Below, piece by piece: positions 52,916-64,000 of a stretch of DNA of 64,000 bases (its first letter is position 1; each line of letters starts with the position of its first letter). The stretch covers positions 3,720,001-3,784,000 of the forward strand of contig JBLDXI010000054.1 in NCBI GenBank assembly GCA_047495785.1, in the 5' to 3' direction. Under the pieces are notes generated by a model. The model saw only the letters and a program-made list of their open reading frames with translations. It ran no database searches and was not told the DNA's origin. The position numbers and the translations under genes were made by a program. This stretch comes from Lepidodermella squamata. Taxonomy: Eukaryota > Animalia > Gastrotricha.

Positions 52916-55615
52916 TTAACTGCTGCCGTAAGTTTGGACGTAGCTTCGCATCTCGGGCAAAGACGTGACGTCGTTTGGGCTTTTGCGCAGCCTAAAATAT
53001 TCGGAAAAAATGAAAATAATAGCCGTGTTTACGATGACATTACGCACGTTGGATCCCGATTAAGGAGGTTCGCAACCAAGTCGTAAAAAGCGGAACTATA
53101 ACTTCGGCTTCGCATATCAGAGACTATCGAGCTACGTTCAGAAAAAGAACCAAAAATTGCGCCAGATATAAAAATAAAATCGCTTACTGCCGATCTTTCG
53201 GTGTTAACTGAGCACGCCCGTCGTTTGCAAACTTGGCACAAGGAAATTAAACGTGAAATTAACAGAGAAACTAAGGCTGACTTACAGCTTTTTTCAAGGC
53301 GCCCAATTCGTAGAGAACACACCCAAGGCTGAACATGTCTGTTTTTGAGTCCCACCGCCCCGTGAAACTTGGGGACAATATTTCAGGCGCTAAATAACCC
53401 AAGCAATCCGAGTTCGATCTCAAGCCAGTGGGTCCACTGAAATGATTAATTTAAAATAAATTCAGCTGGTTAAAGTCATTTTCTCACAGCAGCTCCTTTG
53501 CAATGCCCAGATCGCCCAACTTGAGGCCGTTGCCGTCTCCTTTCAAGAAAATGTTCTATAAAGGCGAGTTTAAAAGCTGTCTCATTAGATGTCTTCGGCA
53601 GTTTCATACCGAAGATTTAACGTCCCGGTGAGTAATGCCTTTGCCGTGTAGAAATTTCAGCCCAAGGCATATTTGGTAGCAGTACTCTAAAATAGTTGAT
53701 TCGAGCATGAAGCCTTGATACCGGACTAGCTTTTCCACCTGGCCTGCCAAGCTCTCTATTTTAATGTAAAATTAAGGAAAATTTCACGAAATCAAATCAG
53801 CCAACTGTTGCGAAAAAATTCAAGGCGTAGATAGTAATCCGATCCACCTGGAAAATAAGAGCATGCGGCAAGATTCAGAGAAATCGTAGCTCTTACTTTC
53901 AAATTGTTCCCTGTAAGATATCAAATGAGGATGCCCCTTCATTTTCAGAATTTGATCGATTTCATGCTTCAGCTGGTTTAGCTTAACCCCAGACTGGAAA
54001 TTTGAAGTTGATATGACGATAATTTTTAGAAGTTGCCTTTCCTCACCAAATTCCCGGTGAATCGCTTGACAACCGACGTTTTTCCCGTCTTGTTGTCTCG
54101 AATGACGATGGCTTTACCAAAGGAACCAGCTGCTTTCCCAAGATCTTGAAGCTCTTGGTACACGGTTCCATAAGCAACCTTGGCAAGCGTAACCTGAGGA
54201 GCAGGCGGCTGACCACCTGGTTGTGGCGAAGGAGCTTGGCGGCTTGGAATCTTCGGCGGTGCCGCAATCGGAGGAACTGCTGGTCCTGCTGCAGGACTGG
54301 CAAGTGGGTCATAACGCTTCATGGACGGGCTAGATTCTAAGGCATCCTTTGCTGACAAGCGTTGACTAATAAAGGGCTCATTAAAGATATAAGCTTAAAA
54401 TGTTGAAAAATCAGCTAACTCGGGTTTCTGTTGCAGAAGCCCTTCGACGATTCTTCTGACTTCATCGTTCTTCACAGCGGTCAATGGAACTGCAAACTTT
54501 CTAGCATTCAGATTTCTTAAAAGAAATAAGTCTGGCTACACTGAATCTGAAAAAGGAACCAAAAGACCTGATGAGCTCGTTGATATCTTTCGCTGTAAAC
54601 TTAGAGAAAAATAAAATGTACTTATCGGAGCAAATTTCAAGGTAGATAGCTTACTGGTCGTTCGAGAGTTGCAAGCTCGAAAACTACGATTCCTATGGAC
54701 CATTCGTCCACTTTAGCTGAGTACATAGCATTCTTTTCATGGGCCTGGAAAATTTCCTATAAAAACAAAACGATTTGGTAACAGCGAATGAATCTGTGGT
54801 CACTTCAACTAACAAGGGCCATGTAAGCCGGAGTTCCCATAAGAGTACCACCTTTCAGAGAATCACTGAAACAAATTGATAATTGAGAAAACTTCGAAAT
54901 CGACTTTTCTCGCCTACTCTGTCATTTTTACAACCTGGAAATTTGTAAATTTTTGAGTGCTCAAATTTGGAAAATCGATGAATCTTACACCAAAGTCTCC
55001 GAGCTTCACGTCTTTTTCACCGCTGAGAAAAATGTTCTGTAAACAAAACGGACGATAAGCTCATTCATGTTGCCATTCAAGTGTCGAACGAACGTCTGGT
55101 TTAATGTCTCGGTGCATGACTTTCTGCTCATGGATGAAATTGATCGCCGACAACAGCTGACCGCCCCATTTGAAGACCTGCTCATCAGAGAACGGTATCG
55201 GCGGTTTGAACTTCTTTTTCGCCGCGATTTCACCGCCCAATGTGCCTCCACTCGCAAACTCCATGACAATGATGAAGTGCTCCGGATTTTCGAAGCTGTC
55301 TTCGTACCTGACTACATTCGGATGGTTCAATTTTTGTAGCGCTGTGATCTATTAAAATCGGATTTTCGTTGCTGTAAGATCAAAGCGGTCAGATTTACCT
55401 CTCCCTTCGCATATTTTAATTCGGTTGCGTCAACCTATAAGAATTGTGTCCTTATTCTTCTTTGCAATAAGAGTGTGACGAAATACCAGTTTCACGTTGA
55501 ACTTCTTTGCTACAAAAGACTTGCCAGTCGCTTTCGAGGTAACCAACCAAGCTGTCCCGTATTGTCCTTTCCCCAGCTGTCTTCCGGTATTGCTATATTT
55601 AGAGTCGAACGACAT
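52916..55615 (-). CDS. Tandem kinase protein A: two NEK-like domains joined by a Pro-rich linker (both look intact)
   Basis: D1: GKGQYG/VAK/HRDIKPDN/DFG. Linker PAAGPAVPPIAAPPKIPSRQAPSPQPGGQPPAP. D2: AGSFG/VVK/HRDVKSSN/DLG/APE. Ends ..QTYGSS*. Confidence 0.88.
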
Positions 55616-56025
55616 GTTTTCGATGATACACTAAGCCTAAATTTGCTAATATAAGGAATACTGGTTTCCTAAATAACAAACGCCTCGGTCCTAATGCTTA
55701 AAAGATAAGGATTTTGTGGGCTGGAAATGAGTTTTTATCGCTGCTAATTCATACTCGTATCTGCCAGGAGCTGATTACATTCAGCGAGCTGCCACTCCTA
55801 GGATATCTTTGCTGGAAATCTGCGTTCGCAGACATGTAAAATGAGTCAACGGATAAAATTCCCTTGAAATATTAATACAATCAAAAATCAAAAAGATAAT
55901 CAAAACATCGCAAATCATTTCGGCAATGATAATTTATATCAAAAAAACCTCACGCCCATATAGCCCCTAAATTCTATGCATACTGCATCACTTTCAAGCA
56001 GCCGCAACCACTCAGAGAAAAGGTA

Positions 56026-56782
56026 CCGTAACGTGTGGTGATTGTGGACACGGTAACTTTGGACACTTTCGGCTTTGCAGGTGTTTAGCTTTTCAGGGTT
56101 GAACGTTCTAATCATGGGGGTTTTTGCTTAAAATTCTCCGTGTCTTCAGCTTTCGTTTGAAATAAAAAGCAAGACGATTGGAGCTGAAATCGGATTCCAG
56201 AAAAAGTTACAAGCAGTTAGACTTTGGGTGCCGTTTTGGGACCCCCTTCTATCTTTCTAATAATCGATCAGTTTTCAATGATAGTTGGCATGAGTATTCT
56301 CCTATCTTTACTCTCCCTATAATCGAAGAAAAAATGACAATCCGTCGACGCGTTTTAGCAGGGCATTAACCTGAAAAACAGGTGAAAATTGGGGTAATTT
56401 TGGACACTTTTGGACGGGTTAAGTATGCTGCTATTTTTATTGAACTTCCGAGAAACAGATGATGCGCCATCTGTTCATAATTTTTTTCCAAATCTGACCC
56501 AAGATTAAATGAAAAACAATGAAAAACAGATAATTCACAATGAAATTGTAATGAAATTGCATATGCAAATGAGTGTCCAAAGCTACCCTCTAATTGTCCA
56601 AAGTTACCGGAACACATATTAATTAGCCAAAGGTCAGGTAAAATTCTCAAAATTTTCAAAATTTGCAGCAAATTCAAGAACCACCGTCCCCACCTTTGGT
56701 AAAAATGTCAGATATTTAGGAGCAAAGGCTGATTTTTAATCTTCGAAAAACACGTTTTGTCCAAAGTTACCACACGTTACGG
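56026..56782. mobile_element. Non-autonomous Tc1/mariner-pogo-type MITE with TA TSD
   Basis: TA|CCGTAACGTGTGGT ... ACCACACGTTACGG|TA; internal GGTAA(C/T)TTTGGACA repeats in both orientations. Confidence 0.85.
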
Positions 56783-57056
56783 TATTCGGAGACAAAAATT
56801 GCAGAAATCATAAAAAATCCAATTTTAAAATTTAGTCCCTACATTTTTTAATTTTTAAAACAAACAAAATTTAATAATCGGGAGAAATAGTTTGATACAT
56901 TTTTTGTTTATTTTTTCAAAAAAATCCTGGGAAAATTCTAAATTTGGCGCTAAATTATAGTTAGTAATCTTGGTTTTTCAAAAATAGCTCCCTTTTCAAT
57001 TATATAATTTTTTCCACCTTCGAATACTTCAGAGAAATTGTTCAAATTATTCAAGT

Positions 57057-57558
57057 CAGCGTTGGAAACAGGTCCGGTCGACCGACGCCGTTCCCGGTCC
57101 GTTCCCGTTCCAGGTCCGGTATGGGTCTCAAAAAACGCCACCGGTAGACCGGGAAAAGTTTAATTTTCAACTTAGCAGGCTGGGCGTGGGAAAAAATCCA
57201 CAGAAAACTATATTTTCCAGTTTTGCCCATTATTCTGATTGTGAGCATTAGTGCGGCAGTGCAATGTTCTGCAAACTTATTGGATGATTGGGCTGGTACG
57301 GGGTTTCCGAACTATTATACTGACCCCGATTGAAAGGCCCCGTGAGTCTTAGAAGGCTCCTAGCATAGACTGATCTGATTTTTTAGGTGAGTTGAGAAAT
57401 TTTCTGCGTTTGGTATCATGTTTTCGCTATTTTCATGCGATTTGAAAAATGCAGTTCTAAAACCGGTAGAACGGGCCGTTCCCGGCCCGGTCCAGTTTGA
57501 CTTCCACCGTTCGCAGGTCCGGTACCGGTCTGCAAAACCTTACCTGTTTCCAACACTG
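57057..57558. mobile_element. Non-autonomous hAT-type MITE with perfect 8-bp TSD
   Basis: TIRs CAG(C/T)GTTGGAAACAGG; TSD ATTCAAGT at 57049-57056 and 57559-57566; CCGGT/CCGTT subterminal repeats. Confidence 0.9.
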
Positions 57559-57901
57559 ATTCAAGTCCCTATGATATAGATACACTGAAAATTTCAACAA
57601 AGACGCAATATCCCACTTTTCGTACGGTTTTCCTCTGTTCGCTGACATTGTCTACACAATGAGGTTGCAATGCCAAAGATAGGCACTTGTAAACAAAACT
57701 GTGTTCATTTTTTATTGTTGTCCATAGATAAATATTTATCTATGTTGTTGTCTTGAAACTTTTCCCGCCAATCATCTTTTCAGTGCGCGTGCCACGTGCG
57801 TGTTTTTATGATCGCGTGCGCGTTTGTGCACATTTATTGCCTTTTCATTTTATTGCTTGCTTTACACGCAAAGCTGCTATTTTTGTCATAGACTTTGTAT
57901 C

Positions 57902-60419
57902 ATGGCTTCCAACAGAGGAGGAAATCAAAAGAATCGTGGCAAAAATCGCGGCGGTAAAAACAGCAACTACAACAATAAGGTATCGAAGGAAGACCGCCAA
58001 TGGGCCGAAGCCGCCAAAGGCTGTGCTGCTCTATCGCTCCAGCTCAATTTTGTCAATGACGATGAAAACCAGGCATCACCTGGCTGTGTCAAGGCCAAGG
58101 TTTATTTTCAACGCGGCGATCGAAAGCAAATGCTTGAGATTTTGAAGCACCTTCACCTGGGCAGAAGCGAAAAGGAAGAGGGCGAAAATATTTTGTCACA
58201 ACATCAAATCGACCCGGAGACATGCGACTCGGATTGCCTGCTGAACCTGGACCGAATTTTCGCGGAAAACGAGGCAACCGGCCGGCGCCACTCGAGTTAC
58301 GTTGATATCAACCTGCGCACGCCACTTCCGATTGTAGCGATTGATGTCAAAGATCGGCTGAAATACGGCCGTGTTTCTTTAGTTTCGGGCGGAAAGAAGA
58401 CTTCTGACAACGATGCTAAAACTCACGCTGTCAAATACAAGTGGGTACCGAAATGGACGCGCCGTATCCAGCCAGGCTGTGGGGCTAAAGGCCGTCGCGG
58501 TGGCTACGATACTCGAGTTTTCATTTCAGATAAGGACGCTAATCCTGAACTCGCATCTGATGCACTTCGCTTCGAGTTCGAATTCAACAGTGAAATTGAG
58601 CGATACAACTTCGTCAGCATCGAACGTATCGAGATGGAGGCCTTTAATTCTCAGACACACATTACCCGTCCTCAGGCTCCGAAAAAGCCTGCAACCTCCA
58701 CTATCTCGAGCAAAACTACTGTGGATCCATCCAGTTTGCCCGTTGAAATTTGGGATCGCGTGCTTGCTTCCACTCCAGAGCAACGAATTCAGGTATAATT
58801 TTGTGTAATTATTCAATTATTTTTATTCGATGTGTTTTCAGACTTTGACTGCTTTAGCTGGAGTTTCGAAAAAATGGCGTGAATTTTTTACGCAATCTCA
58901 TTTCTATCGAACAGTTGACTTGAAACCTTTATCGACCTTGCTGCCTCGAGCTTCGATCGAATTCTTGGAATTTTTATCGTCAAACTGCAAAAATGCGCAT
59001 CATTTACGCATTTCCTGGCTTCCCAGCTTCAACGAATGTTTCGATCTCACCGATTTTTTCGCTCGACTTCAGCCCTCGACATTGAAATCGCTGGTCGCCG
59101 TAAATTGCGGTGCAATGAATGATGCTGCTTTGACCAAGCTAGTTCAGTCACAGCAAAATCTGGAGACAGTCAATTTACGCGGTTGCTTCGGAATTTCCGG
59201 AAAAGGTTATAAATCTCTCGCTGAGTTGAGGCAACTTCGGAATCTTGTGCTTGGCAATGTAGTCGTTATTGATTGGGAGGCTCTGCGTGAAATCGCTAAA
59301 AACTGTTGTAAACTTGAAGTTTTCGGATGCTGCGACATTATTCGAGTTTACCCTTATCGTGAAGATTACGTTCCTCTCGTTATGCCTGAAATTCTCAAAG
59401 CCATTTCCTCACCGCATCTTCGCGCTGTAAAAGTTCAGGTTTCGTTGGAAAAATCTGCCGAAGAAAAATCGCAAAATTGCGAAGCTGATTTTTACCGAAC
59501 CTTTTTGTCGAGTAATCCTAACTTGGAAGAATTTTACTACAACAAATTTATTGATGTTGCTGACCTTGGCAAGGCGATTTCAGACGAATCTACAAGCATT
59601 TCACATGAAATTCGCCGCTTCTCTCAATTGCTAATTGAATCTGAGGATAAAGCTGATTCTTCTGAAAGCGAAGATGAAGAGAAAAACGAGAACGAAGATG
59701 ATCTGCTGCGAGAGTTCAAGGCTCGGTTGAAGAAGAACAAAATTACGTTCAAGTCTAAGCCGAAAATCAAGAAACTGCCGGATATCATTGGCCGTTTCAG
59801 TAAACTGTTTCCTAAGCTGGAACGCCTCGGAATTAACGATAACTTGGACTTCGAATCGCCCGACTGGGTAAATAGTTTTACGCTAATTTTTACCATTTAA
59901 TTCTGTGTTTTTCAACAGGACCCAGCCGATTTTCTGAAGGTCTTACCTCACCTGCGCCAACTTTTCTTATGGGAGAAGGATGAGGGAGCTCTAAATGATA
60001 AGCGGCTGCGTGAGGAATTGCGGAAGAAGAAAGCGAAAGATGAGGAAGAATTGCATCGCAAATTCCCTAGCTGCCTGGTCGTTAAACGCCCGACTATAAT
60101 TTCCGTGGACGTTGACTTCTACGACGAACAAGATAAGTACAGCCATGAGCCAGATTACGAGAGCAACGAGGAGGACGAGCTTCATCACCTTGACTATTAC
60201 CTCGACGTTTGCGAGGACGATGAAGATGGCATGTCTTCCTATCACATGCGAGGTATGATGCTTGGCGCCATGCGAGCGGCTCTCAATGGCTCCGATGATT
60301 CTGACGATGAGTTCGGCTACAAAAGTCTGCGCTACGGCGACTACGAGTTGGGTTTCAAATATGCGGCTTTGGCTGGAGACTTGTGCTATGATTCGGATAC
60401 TGACACATATTATTACTAA
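57902..60419 (+). CDS. F-box/LRR protein with long N-terminal extension and acidic C-terminus
   Basis: PSSLPVEIWDRVL..LAGVSKKWR F-box; LRRs (LKSLVAVNCGAMND, LETVNLRGCFGIS); introns 58793-58841 and ~59868-59918. Confidence 0.85.
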
Positions 60420-60922
60420 AACCGTGAAGTATTGAAACAGTTTCATCCTGTTTGACATTTTTCCGCTGATCAGGTCTCGTGATAAATAAATTACATTCTC
60501 AAGTATGATTATAGCCCAGAATTTCCCGACATCGCACTACACCAGTTTGAGCAATAAAAATGAAATTTGAAATTTGAAGTTCAAAAGCAAGAAAATTTGA
60601 TGCTTCCAAGTAAGAAGAAAAATTTCGCAGGAGTTTTCTGGGGCTTTTAGCTTATCGATCTTTTCAACTTGCCGCTGATATTCTGGTTTCTTTCAAAACA
60701 AGAGTTTTTATGAACTGTTTATTCTACCGGTGATTCTAGGAAACTGCAGGTCCTAGAGAATTCGCTTACAAGGATGAGGCAAAAAGACAAGGTCTCCATT
60801 AAGACCCCAAGCGTCGAGTTCAATAGATTTCAACTTTGAACTTTGAATCTTTTATTCCAAAAATTTATAATCCTAATTTACCTATTGGGTCATGACCGGT
60901 GAGATCAATTTGAAAATGAGCA

Positions 60923-63900
60923 CTAATTAAGTCTAAAATCACAAGCCAAACAAACTGCGATTGAAATTGAAAAAACTAGTGAAATATAATCTAAACTTGA
61001 ATAGAAGCGAGTCGAAGTGGCCTTCGAAGCTGTAGAAAAGGCGAATTCAACGAATATAGTGTTGAAAAATATTTGCAGAACTTACGTATACATGAAGCTA
61101 TGCTTGTCCATCTCATTCTGTCGCATCTCGCCGTATCATAAGGTCCACTGAATTGGTAACCAGGAACGCAGTAGTAGACCACATAATCGCCTTGCAACGG
61201 GTAAGGCTGGGAAACTTGTCCTCTGAGTGGAACGGCGTTCGGAAACTGAGGAACGTTAGGACATGAAGCTGATATTTGAAACTCCATCACAGCAGAATTT
61301 AGACTTTGATTACCAAATCCATCTCCGACCTTTTTTATGATGATCGTCGGCTTCAAGACTATAAGTGATATCAGAGATGAAAATTGGCAGAGAAAAGTTT
61401 TAAGCCCACTTACTGCATTTAGGAACTGGAGTGGACCATTGTCCGTTGATAAGGCACGTTATCCACGAACCATTCTCGAAAACGTAGCCGGGATCACATT
61501 CGTAATCCAACACCTGGCCCGGCTTGTTCAACTGAATGTTACTTTTATTACCCGCTGTAAAATCAGTGAAAAATTCTGAAAATGTTCGCTCAATCACGGC
61601 CGTTTATTACCTTGACCAGGGAGAGAATTGCGTAGAGCTAATGTCACTAATTTCCCATGTTGGATAGCTGGCGCATTCGGGCACAGAATAGGGCCACTCG
61701 CTGTCGTAGCTGCCGCGATAGTCGTTGTAACAGCCGTTGTAACAGGGGCAGCCGTTTTGACAGGTACAATCGCTGAAAAGTGCCATTTAAACTCAAATTC
61801 GCAATATTAAAATGAAAATCACCTTCATTGGTTATGTCGACGCAAAATGCGGGCAGGCGTGGCGGAGCCTTATTCAACTCACGGTTGATTCGAAGCTCGA
61901 AAACTTGTCTCTTCTCTAACAATGACATCAAGCCGACGTAAGTGTGAGCGAAATAGGTGAATGTCTCGCTCAAAGGTTCGTACGGGACGACCGTTTTACG
62001 CGGGACAGAATTCCAGTTATCATATGATATTCCGAATACATCTCCCTTCTGCAACTCGAGTCTATCAGAAACAAATAGGAAATTTAGAAAAATTCCGATG
62101 ACTCTTAAAAAGAAATTACGGCGGAATGATGGCCGCCATTTGCCAAGTTTCGCTGTTGCCATCAGGTACAACGACCTTTGACGGAGTTCCACGCAACTCG
62201 AACGAGTCATTTTGAGATCGAATAGGCATGAGAGCCGCTATGTAGAAACTTTTCTCCGTGATGCCTATCATCTTATTCCAAAATTTAACCGCCTTAACGC
62301 GACCATTCCACGGCATTTTCATCCATGAAAAAACTTGCAGTAAGCTTGAAGTTTCGTTGAAAGTCCACTTTGCATCTTCCAAAAAGGGCGATAGCAAGCC
62401 GGCGGGGCATACCCACGGAATCCATTGACAGGCGTCCGGCAAGTCGCTAGGAACCCATCGGCTACGTTCAGCCGTAACGTTCTGACATTTTGCTTCGAGA
62501 GGTCCAGACATTGTTTTCACGAAGCCTCTATCACACGTGTAACGAACTGTATCGCCATCTCTGCTTAACCTTCCAGGGAAGGATTGATAGATAAGGTTAA
62601 GATTCTGAGGCCGTGGTGGAGCACCGCAAGAAGCTGAATAAAATGACTTTTCTGGTCAAAGTAGCCAAGTCTATGGTTAGAAAACTTACGGATACATTTG
62701 CTGATTTTGCTCCATTTCAAATCCGACTGACAGATAGATTTGTCTTCAGTTATCGTCACCAAATCAGGACGCGCAAAAATAAAGTTCGTTTGGCAGCTGT
62801 ACGTCACAGAATCGCCGACAAATCCTATTCCGAGATCGTTTGGTTCGCGGATGATATCTGCGTTGGCGAACTCTTCTATCTCGCCACAAGACGCTATAAT
62901 AATGGAAGGCGTGGAAAATTGCGAATTCGAAATCGAAAGCAAAGTTACGAAGGCATGGCGAAATTCTACTCCAGCTACCACCCGTGCAGGTCGATCGTAT
63001 GGTTGGACCGTTGAAGCGATATGTCTTATCGATACATTTGAATGGGATGCTTTCGCCCTCGAAGTACAAAAGCCTCTTCGTCGCGTTGGGATTCAGCAGT
63101 ACTGCATTCAGGAAGCTAGTTGGAACTGACTGGCAGGTCGCTGAGAAACCAAAGCATAGGAATTTAATTTTAATTGATTGAAATACACCTACCGACACAT
63201 TTAACCGGAGTCCAAGCCGAGCTCAAGCATTGGGAGACGGGCAATCCGGGTGGCTTCACGCCGTAACCTTCTGCACACTCATACGTCACATTGTCGCCTT
63301 CGACGGACATGTTTCTTGCAGGCATAGTGTTCGATACCTCGGTTGCGTACTCAAATACCAATTTTTCACCGCATGTGGCTGAGGTAGACGCAATAATAAT
63401 TTAGCGCGATTTCAAGGAAATTCTTACGTATGCATTCGGGAAGCCTAGACCATTGCCCATCCGTGCACGTTATGCTGGTCGTTGAATTGTCGGTGAACAT
63501 CGAGCCAGCTTGGCACCTGTAGTTGACCTTTGTACCTTGTGGATTGCCAATGGGCAACAAGCCGAAGCTAGCATCTGCTCTGGGAACGTTTGGTTTCGGG
63601 CAGCTTTCTTTAAATTTTGATAAAATGTAGGCTTTTTACTTTAAAAATGTCATCTTACTCCTGCAGACAGGTGCCGCCGTCCACTCAGGTCCCTTGTCAC
63701 CCAGCGAACAAATGACGTTGAGGTCATTCTCGATTAAAGTATGCTCAGGTAAACAATCGTATTCTGGTTAAGTTATAAGGCTTTTTAGCCTTTGAAAACG
63801 CAATACTGCATCCTTACTTACCTATGACATCGCCAACAAGGAAGGTCTGTTTTTTACCAACATAACGCTTTACGTTTACAGGAGATGGACGTCCTTGACA

Positions 63901-64000
63901 GGTTTGGGCGGCGTCTTTTATTGAATTAGCAGTAGAAACTGGTATCATAAATTGAAATGTTCTACTTACCTTCTAGTCCGATTGTTGCGTAAAGAGCAGG
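60923..64000 (-). CDS. Multi-sushi (CCP) domain protein with Thr-rich stretch and hydrophobic C-terminus; 5' end outside window
   Basis: At least 8 C..G..V.Y.C..G(Y/F)..C...W...C modules separated by phase-1 introns; a non-CCP insert at ~61820-62400; final exon ends LVFSISIAVCLACDFRLN*. Confidence 0.85.

Noticed and set aside
38177-55615. One giant 13-kinase polypeptide
   Set aside because: In-frame stops follow the B-type domains at 52916, 48746, 44764 and 42016, and good ATG starts follow each; only the D-E junction stays uncertain.
38177-55615. Field of fragmented kinase pseudogenes, as the short ORF track suggests
   Set aside because: The fragments join in frame through canonical ~50-60-nt introns at positions shared between domains.
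56178-57648. Short ORFs as possible transposase remnants
   Set aside because: No transposase motifs; they fall mostly inside non-autonomous MITEs.

Overview
Gene-dense eukaryotic DNA from a compact-genome animal (inference: class C GPCRs, Cys-loop channel, bHLH-PAS, EGFR-type L domains, sushi domains; most introns 45-70 nt, GT-AG with two GC-AG). I spliced the genes by hand from the sequence. Left to right: end of an O-methyltransferase, a small membrane protein, three GABA-B-type receptors, three intronless carbonyl-reductase-like SDRs (one apparently catalytically dead), three tandem globins with a hydrophobic distal site, two small RVxF proteins, a divergent bHLH-PAS factor, a secreted EGFR-ectodomain-like protein, a non-alpha Cys-loop channel subunit, a NEK4-like pseudokinase, two F-box genes, a multi-sushi protein and several MITEs (three nested). 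The standout is 38.2-55.6 kb on the minus strand. It holds five head-to-tail genes, each encoding 2-3 NEK-like kinase domains in one polypeptide (13 domains: about 7 intact, 5 pseudokinase, 1 ambiguous), all with an (A)n-B layout. This resembles plant tandem kinase-pseudokinase immune proteins, but the function here is untested inference. Exon boundaries are manual predictions; no database searches were run.
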